Both the position numbers and the translations under genes were made by a program. The notes under the pieces were generated by a model that ran no database searches, was not told the DNA's origin, and was given only the letters and a program-made list of their open reading frames with translations. A stretch of 64,000 nucleotides of DNA from Ylistrum balloti (Eukaryota). The DNA lies in the NCBI RefSeq assembly GCF_031769215.1, contig NW_026781965.1, forward strand, positions 1,488,001 through 1,552,000. Direction: 5' to 3'. Positions 53,601 through 64,000 of this stretch are shown one piece after another. Each line of letters begins with the position of its first letter. Within the stretch, counting starts at the first letter, position 1.

Positions 53601-56600
53601 TAGTACTTGTGGAAGAGACGAATCTTGACTATTCCGATCCACCATTTCTGAACAGGTTTGAAAAGCAACAATTTCGTTTTCTTGACTTACTTTCATCAGA
53701 GGATGAAAAAATCATATCAGGTTTAAAAGCCACACTGCAGGCTTTTGTTGAAATCCCTGATTATCCATTCTCTGTTTCAAAAGCTTTGCCGATTCATGAA
53801 ATTGATGTGTTGTTATCACTTCTTCTCAGTGTCAAAGAAACAACGGAAACGGCTGATATGGAAGACTTAATCAGGATATGTTTGAGTCGCATTATGCCAT
53901 TGGTTTTTCCGGAAGCAATCATAAGATCAAGTCGGTCAACACTCTCGCGTGAACAACCAACATTAGTGCAAACATTGACAGAGGAATTTTTCAGTCTTCC
54001 TTTACATGAAGGTCTGGAAGCGTTCTTGACAAGTCAACATACATTAGATGAAATGCCTTCTATGGGATTTACGCAGCCAATTCTATGTGAGGAACTGTGT
54101 GTTATATTTACTCATAGCAGTACCCATATAAACATCTATAATCTTTTGAAAAATCATAGATTGTCCGTTGAAAAAATTGGAGCATTCAAGTCGGAAAAAG
54201 ATTTAACAAAAGCGATAGATAACTTCTTTGAAAGTGAACATGAATATTTATTTCTCCAATTTGATTCTAGGTATGATATGCATCATTTTCTTCTCACAAA
54301 AATGACCGTTGAACAAAGAAAAAAAGAAAGCGTTAGCTCTTCTGCACAAGGAGCAAAAAAGTATGTGTACTTAACGGTTCATCTAAGTATTGGTGATCAC
54401 ACAGATTCGTCAATTTCACAAATTCATTTCATGCCCGGTTGGAGCTTTGTAACTCTTGACACACTTGAGAAGCCGTATGTCAGTATTCTCGGACTAAGAG
54501 ATCGATTACTGACAGACATAATCTCAGAAATGCGTCCTTTAGATTCTATCATTAAAGAACAGTTACTATGGGCATTCACGCGCATACAGTACAGTCATGA
54601 AGACCGCCATTCAGACGAATTAGAGCAAGGCATTAAACGGCTGAAAACGTCCAGTCTTCTCTTAAAAATGATCGACGATTTTGTTATTTCACAAGTAGAA
54701 AATCTAGTAATGGATGATATGAACTGGAAATTCAACATCGCATGTGATGAACACGCTTTAATCAGCGGAGGTACATATATTGAAGCTATCAAAAATCATA
54801 TCCTTGACATAATAAAAAAGCCAGTAGCTGTTTTTGTTTTCAAGATGGAACAAGAGGGATGTTTGGAGTCTTTGTTTATTGAAGATCACAAAAGCAGTCA
54901 TCGGCGGAAAACATGGGAGGATCTTGCTCGCAAGAATGAGTTTTGTAATTTTGAAAATATTCCATTTCCAACTGGACCAGAGTGTTACAGCTGTACCACG
55001 CCTGCTTTTGTGCGAATTGTACCATTCAGTGACCACATAATGACACAAATAGAAGATTTCAAGGAAGATTTCCTAAATACTCTTAGAAAAGTAAAAGCAC
55101 AGAGCACAGAGTATGGCGACGACGAAGAACATCCCATTGAAATCGTACATGCTGTGTTGGAAGGATACAAGGATATCATTACCTCAAATACACAGTTGGA
55201 GGAAATGGATCAGGCTGGATATGAAGAAATGATTGCAGATTATTTCCATGACTATTGCAATTATATAACTTCATTACATTCATCAAAAGACAAACGGGCA
55301 GCAGAATCTTTACGATGGGCGATTGACAACATTACATCATGGAAAGCAGAAACATTTACAGATTCTGTCATCATGTTGCATGCAATATACTGGACTTACA
55401 TGGATAAATTAGACTGCATAGTGAAAATTTTTGATTTGGCTTGCACGTTCGGGTCTGAAGAATTATTTCTCCAGGATATCATTTCTAAACTTTATTCGGA
55501 CAAAACAAAGTTGGGCGCGTTGGATCAGAAAAATTTTGAGATGAATATGGCATGTAACACAGAGGAGGAGGATGGAAGCGAAACTCCAGTAGAAAACTTT
55601 GACGATTCAATATGTGAGACTGAGGTAGATGTGATAAACGATTTGGTTATACTTGTAGGCAACATGTTACTGCCTACAACGGACAATGTTGAAGCTATTG
55701 GTTTTGAAAGATGGCAGCACAGTGTAAGCCGTGCATTGCCATTGATTGGCCAGATATCGACTTACATGCCAATAAACCATAAGCTACGATTCTGCTCAGA
55801 TATAGCTTCGATATTGATTGTTCCATACAACCTCGAGACAAATCTGCTGACTGCCATTGGAGATAGCTTATGCTTATTAGAATTAAATGATAAAGAAATC
55901 TTTTCTGAGTTATTCAACTTCCTAAAGACATTAAAAGACAATTACAAGATTCCTTCTGTAAAGCTAAAAAAGATCATATCATTGTATCTACATCGATGTA
56001 TCCATACCCAACCCGAAAATGATGACATATTCATCTGGTTTTTTGAATGGATCGAACATGAAGATGCATGCAATCCAACATCAAGCTTTCTGTTACCAGA
56101 TTTCCATTATATTGGATCCATACTACAGCTTGCAATTGCGTCGCAGCAAGCAGAAGATGAAGATATATTTCCATCTATTCTTGATGGAAATGAAATCTGG
56201 AAAAACAATGAATTTTGCAAAACACTTCAGCATTGCCTGAGTACAATTTCTCACGCAGGAAAACTATATGAAGGGTTAAGCGTTCTCTTAGTGCAAATTA
56301 TTCAAAAGCATGTTTTCGAAGAAGACGAATACAACCCTGAATGTGATGAAGTTTTAGAAAAGACATTGATCAGTGATGAAGGCAACACCCCATTGGAGCA
56401 AATATCTAGTGCCGCTTTAATTCGTCATACAATTAATCGCTCAGCACATATGACAATGCAAAGTGATTTGAATGTAGATGATAATCGGTTATTTCTACAT
56501 AGTTTGAATGCTTTATTAAAGCCGCCAAGTGAATGTGGCGATCAATTGAGATACGGGCCTTTGCTTTATTTCCTGAGAAAATTGAAGCAACACTGTGGAC

Positions 56601-59221
56601 TGAGAAATGTTCAAAAAATTGCTGAACGCTTAGCTCTTTCAATGTCAACAGTTAAACACATTGAATGGTCACAAGATCTTACAGTTGTTTGCTTAGAACT
56701 CAATCCACTGGAATTCTATTGTTCCAAGGAATCATCGGAAACAGTCGATAATGCATGTTCCAAGTGGTTTGATTCCACAGAACATCTGAAAACATTTTGT
56801 GATCAAATCGTAACAGATGTTGACAAGCTAATTCATATCGAAAGAATCATAACAGCAATATTTCTAAAGAGGACATGTGTGACCATACCTGAGTCTACAA
56901 AACAATTTGTGATGGCGGTATTTAAGATGTTGCCAGTCAACAGCATCCCAAAGGAACATGCCGGAGTGTTGCCATATCTATTCGGAAAAGTTGATTTTAA
57001 CCATTCCTTGTTCCATCTTAACACAGAAGTTCAGGAACCCGATCCACAAATAGTCTCTGTTTTGTTGCACCTAATGTGTATAACAACATTGTACGGAAGG
57101 CCAGGGTACATTTTCTATGACTGCATTCACAATCCTGGACAGTTTAACTGTCACCCAGCACAGACTCTAAGAGAACATATGACACGTGATGTTAAGAAAG
57201 CAGTGTCTTGCATGGAATGTCCATGTAGAGTAATCTTTGTTTCACCTACTGACATATGTCCATCATGTAAACAGAAACAAATTTCTACTGAAATCAAAAC
57301 TTTTGCAGCTTTGCTAAGTGGAAATAATGTAGATACCATGGTAGAACATGTAATATATCGATTGTTTGTCAATGCATGTCTGATATGTTCACTTGCTTTG
57401 CGACTTTGCAATGAGTCTACGATTGCACCAATAGTCAATGCAAGTGACGATAAAGCAAATGTGTCAAGTGTTATTCAAGATCTTGTCTTAGCAGATTGGG
57501 AAAGGTTACGAAAGCAGTTGAATCTAAGTCATTCAGATCTAAGTTGTCTCCTAAACTTATTACTTTGTACCAACAAGGATACATTTCTCAAACTACGGAA
57601 TCCAAGTGACGTTAACTTTGACAAAGAATTTCAACTGTTCGCGAAGTGTTGTAATGATTTTGTGAAGAATCGACAAGAAATGTTAAACAAACATCGTAGA
57701 GAATTCGCTTCACGAAGAGGTCTCTCGAACACGATGGAACGTATTTTAGAGGTCGATAATGAGTACTCATTATATGGAACACCCGACAAAGCATCGATTG
57801 AAAATCTCACAACTGAACTCTCATTTCATTGCCAATCTGAAAGTTCATTTTTGCGAGTGGTTTTAAATAACCAGCATATTCTTTCACTGCCAAGATACAT
57901 AACAGATATTTTGAGATGGCATTTAGCAGCGGTGAATTGTATGAGTTACAAAGTCAGAAAATTTGAATGTGCAGAACAAACCATCGCTAAATTTTTAACC
58001 CTGATCGAAGAAAATGACTCAAAGACAAAATTAAAGCAAAAATTCGGCAATTTTAAACATGCATGGAATAAACTAAATGAAAACAGACATCTGTTATTAG
58101 AAATGTTTCCTTCACTGCCTGAGATGGAATTGATGACAATGAATTCGTGTGCTTCAAATTGCTTGATTATTGACAAAAACTCAGTAATTTACCAAGTTTT
58201 GGAAGCTCTCGTAGCTATACAGAACAACATTCTCATTGAAGCAATGGAGATTTCTCGATCAAATGACTGTCCAGATTTCAACCTCCTGTCCTGTGGTCCT
58301 GATGCAGCTGTGGTACGGTGTGTTTCCATTCACAACATAACACTGTCAGATGTTATATCATTTAACTGGACCGACGATTATTTGCGGTTTTCACAATGTA
58401 AACCAAATTCTGAAAATGGCAGGAGCATATTGTACGACTTCCACAAGATAGAAATGGAAGTTGCTCATGAGCTTGTCTCCAGAAAATCTTTTATCACAAA
58501 TACTGAGACGATTCCTTTGATTGTGTTTGCTGATGAACTGTTCAGGAACAGCGTTACTCTTCTTCATCGAATCGCTAGTAAAATAACTCCACAGGTGCCC
58601 CTAACAATGGAACTCAGAAGAGGTGTTGAAAATAAAAGCGAGCGGAACTCTTCTTACACGATTCAGCTTCTTTCACAGATTGGAATCGTGCTATCACTAT
58701 TAAACAAAACAGGAGGTGATTCCCAGATTTCTCTTGTTGACTATCTTATGGCATGGAAAGATTACATTGACATGAAAACATTAAGGAGTCTTTTACCTGA
58801 GCCAGAAAACTCATTTAAACTTTGTCATATCGTTGCAATGTATGAATGCATGGAATTGAAAAGTGGAGAAGAAATTAGTGATACCCTTGGTGTAAGGTTC
58901 CGTTCTCATGTGTCTGATGAAATTCGGCAACATTTCAAAATAGCACAGCAACACCAATCGTCCCTGGCGATAGTGGACAAAGCACTCAAGTTATTTGTAC
59001 ATAGGAACTTTTCAACCCATGACATCAATGTTGAACTGCTGAACCGACCTTTGGTCAAATCTTTGATGGACCCAATCTACTGGAGAGTGGACATTGATGT
59101 TAGGAATGGGTCCATAGATGAGGATAGCAAGGAAGCAGTTGCCTTGCGGCATGTGATCTCGCTAGAGTGTCTTGGAGAACACTTATACGAAATGATTGAA
59201 CTCGTCAAACAAGCAATCAAA
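47662..59221 (+). CDS. RNF213: RNF213/mysterin-like AAA+ ATPase, giant exon of 11560 bp
   Basis: SDIPGLGKT; MGETGCGKT (51512) with FLDEIN; VGKPGCSKS (52454) with ILDEIG; LKVLHGLLEP; GISNWALDAAKMNR; FGSQFEDD; LYDMLNQNY; PFLNRFEKQ. Acceptor ttttcccccag, donor AAA|GTAAGT. Confidence 0.95.
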
Positions 59222-59447
59222 GTAAGTGTAAGGAACCATCATTGATCGGTTGATGAGAAATGAAAAGTGTTTCGGTCTAGCATTATTATATACTATGATC
59301 TTTTATAAGTAATATTTGTTAATGTAAGCCCAGATTCTCCTAAACATATACCGACGTAAGATGGAATGTTTATATTTTCCATTTTTATCAAAATCATTAT
59401 CTTTTTTAATTGGCAGTTTTCTCAGAAATGCATTTGCTGTACTTTAG

Positions 59448-59540
59448 GATATTGAATCAGTAACCAGAACGACAACATATGAATTTCTTTTCTTTTGTCG
59501 AAAATCTGGTTCACATAGGAAGAACAGGCAAACGAGATGA
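59448..59540 (+). CDS. RNF213: RNF213-like candidate terminal exon
   Basis: ctgtactttag acceptor, DIESVTRTTTYEFLFFCRKSGSHRKNRQTR*; other acceptors are possible. Confidence 0.35.
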   Translation, partial: DIESVTRTTTYEFLFFCRKSGSHRKNRQTR

Positions 59541-59755
59541 GAATATCGTCAGCGTCTGTGGTATTCAAAGAAAAGATGGCAAATCGTTCACAATCTATGC
59601 GAAAACGGAAGAAAATAGCGTCCAAACTCCTTGGAAAGACATAAGGTATGATATATTCAAAGAGTCGGGATAAATGTTATGCTTTATGATACAATCGTAT
59701 ATGAAAGTAATTTGATTTTTTATTTTCAATGTTTTATATTTTATCCTTTTTTCTC

Positions 59756-59778
59756 GGGGGGGGGGGGGGGGGGGGGGG
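59756..59778 (+). repeat. poly-G tract of about 23 nt
   Basis: Direct reading. Confidence 0.9.
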
Positions 59779-60699
59779 ATGTATCCATCTGTAACATTTA
59801 AATGCATCTCTTTCACATAGATTGATATCATATCCTCTGTTATATTACTACAGGATCCTGTAGGACCAAACATGGTACTTATGAAGTGGATGGATTGAGT
59901 ATTCATTAAGGGAAAACGAGTATTCCATGTACTGCAAATTGTAATTATTTCCCTTTTGGAACTATAATATTGCACTTGATCATGGTGGCGCTTATTTATG
60001 TTTTATAAAGCTGTGTTCTATAACACATATCATGGGCGTGCCAATTTATCATATATATGGTAAGCTATAATTAGAGATGTTTCTTGCAAGGTCATATTCT
60101 TTGAAGATTATCGTATGTTTTTATGATAATGTTGTATCTATGTTTTGCTTGGTTTGTATATTGTATATTTATTATAAATGTATATACTTTCCTTTGTCAG
60201 AAAGATTATTGTTTTTCTAAGTTTATATGTTTATGTACCTTACTTCGACAATATGATAACCAATTCAGAACAATATTCAGTTTGCGGGAAGCTGTGTTAT
60301 GGAAACAGCGCTTTTCTAAGATATGATAACTTGTGTCTATTTCATTTTGTTGTGTTGAATACCCTACGCTGTATAAGAAATCAGATTTTAATGTGTAGAG
60401 ATTTTGTATATAATACAACCATGAATCTTGATAGATGTGGCCTAATGTTATCTAATTAGGAGAGATTGTCAGACATTCATTTCGGAATCTTTCATGCATT
60501 GTGATTTTTACACAATGAAAATTATGCACATATGGTATCACAAAATTCTGATGTTATTATGGTAGTCATGCTAGTAAATAATATTTTGACTTACTGTAGG
60601 AAATGTTATATTGTATATAGGACAAGTATCGATGTCTCCAATATTATGGCTACATAATAATTTTAAATGATAACATGATTCAAAAGACATTAGATGTAT

Positions 60700-62524
60700 T
60701 TTTTTGCTCAATACCCATGTTTTAAAAATAGATGGTGATGTTTACATTATCATTTATTTTGACCAATTACCATGTTTGAAAAGATATGGTGAGTTTCACT
60801 GCAGATAAATATAATAATGTTTCGAATGTTAATTTAATTAGCAACGCTGTATTTCAGGTGTCAGGTTTGAATAGATGGTGAACTGTTTATCTTACATGAT
60901 GCAACTTTATGCAACATTTAACAATACCCTTGCTTGAAAAGATATGGTGAGATTTGTTGCAGTTAATTATCATGGTTTTTTAATTTTCAAAATCAATTTA
61001 ATTAGTTATTGTATTTTTTAGCTGCCAAGTTTGAAAACGCTTGGCGATATGTTTATTTTTACATGATACAACTTCTTGCAACATTTATTTTGATCAATAC
61101 CCATGTTTGAAAAGATATGGTGAGATTTGTTGCAGTTAATTATCATGGTTTTTTTTTAATTTTTAGAATTAATTCAATTAATATATGTGTATTTCAGTTT
61201 TAAGGTTTAAATAGACATGAAAATATATTTATTTTTACATGATACAACTTCTTGCAACATTTATTTTGATCAATACCCATGTTTGAAAAGATATGGTGAG
61301 ATTTGTTGCAGTTAATTATCATGTTTTTTTAATTTTCAAAATTAATTTAATTAATATATGTGCATTTCAGTTTCAAGGTTTAAATAAACATGAAAATATT
61401 TATCTTTACATGATACAACTTCTTGCAACATTTATTTTGATCAATACCCATGTTTGAAAAGACATGGTGAGATTTGTTGCAGTTAATTATCATGGTTTTT
61501 TTTAATTCTCAAAGTCAATTTAATTAATAAATGCTGATTTCAGTTTCAAGGTTTAAATAGACATGAAAATATTTATTTTTACATGATACAACTTCTTGCA
61601 ACATTTATTTTGATCAATACCCATGTTTGAAAAGATATGGTGAGATTTGTTGCAGTAAATTATCATGGTTTTTTAATTTTCAAAATTAATTTAATTCATA
61701 TATGTGTATTTCAGTTTCAAGGTTTAAATAGACATGAAAATATATTTATTTTTACATGATACAACTTCTTGCAACATTTATTTTGATCAATACCCATGTT
61801 TGAAAAGATATGGTGAGATTTGTTGCAGTTAATTATCATGTTTTTTTTTTAATTTTTAGAATTAATTTAATTAATATATGTGTATATCAGTTTCAAGGTT
61901 TAAATAGACATGAAAATATATTTATTTTTACATGATACAACTTCTTGCAACATTTATTTTGATCAATACCCATGTTTGAAAAGATATGGTGAGATTTGTT
62001 GCAGTTAATTATCATGGTTTTTTTTAATTCTCAAAGTCAATTTAATTAATAAATGTTGATTTCAGTTGCCAGGTTTAAATAGACATGAAAATATTTATCT
62101 TTACATGATACAACTTCTTGCAACATTTATTTTGATCAATACCCATGTTTGAAAAGATATGGTGAGATTTGTTGCAGTAAATTATCATGTTTTGTTTTTA
62201 AATTTTCAAAATTACTTTAATTAATAGGTGTGTATTCAGTTGCCAGGTTTAAATAGACGTGAATATATATTTATTTTTACATGATACAACTTCTTGCAAC
62301 ATTTATTTTGATCAATACCCATGTTTGAAAAGATATGGTGAGATTTGTTGCAGTTAATTATCATGTTTTTTTTAGTTTTTAGAATTAATTTAATTAATAT
62401 ATGTGTATTTCAGTTTCAAGGTTTAAATAGACATGAAAATATATTTATTTTTACATGATACAACTTCTTGCAACATTTATTTTGATCAATACCCATGTTT
62501 GAAAAGATATGGTGAGATTTGTTA
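60700..62524. repeat. satellite of about 174 bp (about 9 good units plus a degenerate start)
   Basis: caataccc recurs at 60922, 61095, 61271, 61442, 61615, 61788, 61964, 62137, 62313 and 62487. Confidence 0.95.
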
Positions 62525-62769
62525 CACTTTGTACTTTTTGTGTTTCTAAGGTAACTTGTAGTAAACAATTGTTTACCAACAGCCAGGTCTGAAAGGACAT
62601 GGTTATATATTATATCACGAAGTGATATATGATAAGAGAACATGTACTTTGATCTGTACCCATATTGTGGTATTTGTTGCTCTTGATATTTTTTGCATGT
62701 AAATGCCTTACATAGGAACATTGGGATGCATGTTTATACAAATCCTACTGCTGAAAATTGTAAATATCT

Positions 62770-64000
62770 TACGCATTGTGAATCAATGTTATGTATATAG
62801 ATGAAATATGAGGAATACGTAGCAGCATTGTTACTCAATGTTATGTATATAGACGAAATATGGTGAATACTTAGGATCTTTGTGAATCAATGTTATGTAA
62901 AATATGGTGAATACTTAGGAGCTTTGTTACTCAATGTTATGTATATAGACGAAATATGGTGAATACTTAGGATCTTTGTGAATCAATGTTATGTATATAG
63001 ATGAAATATGATGAATACATAGAAACATTGTGAATCAATGTTGTGTACATAGATGAAATATGATGAATATGTAGGAGCATTGTGAATCAATGTTGTGTAT
63101 ATAGATAAAATATGATGAATATGTAGGAGCATTGTGAATCAATGTTGTGTTTACAGATGAGATATGATGAATACGTAGCAGCATTTTTACGCAATGTTAT
63201 GTATATAGACGAAATATGATGAATTCGTAGGAACATTGTGAATCAATGTTGTGTATATAGATGAAATATGATGAATCCGTAGGAACATTGTGAATCAATG
63301 TTGTGTTTACAGATGAGATATGATGAATACGTAGCAGCATTATGAATCAATGTTATGTATATAGACGAAATATGGTGAATACTTAGGATCTTTGTGAATC
63401 AATGTTATGTAAAATATGGTGAATACTTAGGAGCTTTGTTACTCAATGTTATGTATATAGACGAAATATGGTGAATACTTAGGATCTTTGTGAATCAATG
63501 TTATGTATATAGATGAAATATGATGAATACATAGAAACATTGTGAATCAATGTTGTGTACATAGATGAAATATGATGAATATGTAGGAGCATTGTGAATC
63601 AATGTTGTGTATATAGATAAAATATGATGAATATGTAGGAGCATTGTGAATCAATGTTGTGTTTACAGATGAGATATGATGAATACGTAGCAGCATTTTT
63701 ACGCAATGTTATGTATATAGACGAAATATGATGAATTCGTAGGAACATTGTGAATCAATGTTGTGTATATAGATGAAATATGATGAATCCGTAGGAACAT
63801 TGTGAATCAATGTTGTGTTTACAGATGAGATATGATGAATACGTAGCAGCATTATGAATCAATGTTATGTATATAGACGAAATATGGTGAATACTTAGGA
63901 TCTTTGTAAATCAATGTTATGTATATAGATGAAATATGGTGAATACTTGGAAGCATTGTGAATCAATGTTGTGTATATAGATGAAATATGATGAATACGG
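62770..64000. repeat. 52-bp minisatellite with 512-bp higher-order repeat; runs off window
   Basis: Unit TGTGAATCAATGTTGTGTATATAGATGAAATATGATGAATCCGTAGGAACAT; a 44-bp variant recurs at 62891 and 63403. Confidence 0.95.

Noticed and set aside
45140-58176. Many 60-170 aa antisense or alternative-frame ORFs inside the RNF213-like exons
   Set aside because: Expected shadows of a long coding region; no motifs recognised.
59479-59673. 64-aa ORF after the giant exon as the terminal exon
   Set aside because: In-frame stop at 59461 and no phase-0 acceptor found for this frame; remains possible only with a different splice.

Overview
AT-rich animal genomic DNA with spliceosomal GT-AG introns; the repeat types suggest a bivalve-like mollusc (inference). 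Four host genes can be reconstructed by hand. (1) A TEX47-like gene on the minus strand runs off the left edge and has two candidate phase-0 first exons. (2) GPANK1 (ankyrin, C2H2, G-patch) lies head-to-head with it. (3) A spliced minus-strand gene encodes a RING-like Zn fragment, a ubiquitin-like domain and a TerD-like domain; its 5' part is unresolved. (4) An RNF213/mysterin-like AAA+ gene of about 4670 aa on the plus strand has an 11.56-kb exon, no recognisable RING and an RZ finger apparently missing its catalytic loop. Mobile and repeat content: an intact Tc1 (DD34E) with TIRs, inserted in one copy of a tandem duplication whose other copy is the empty site; an internally deleted Tc1; a hAT-like nonautonomous element with a 5-bp TSD; several Penelope-like RT relics; an inverted pair of hammerhead-like motifs; Helentron/HINE-type fragments; a LINE fragment; three related 39-bp minisatellite arrays; and 174-bp and 52-bp arrays with higher-order structure. 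Most short ORFs in the track are noise. All assignments come from motif recognition and manual splicing, with no database search.
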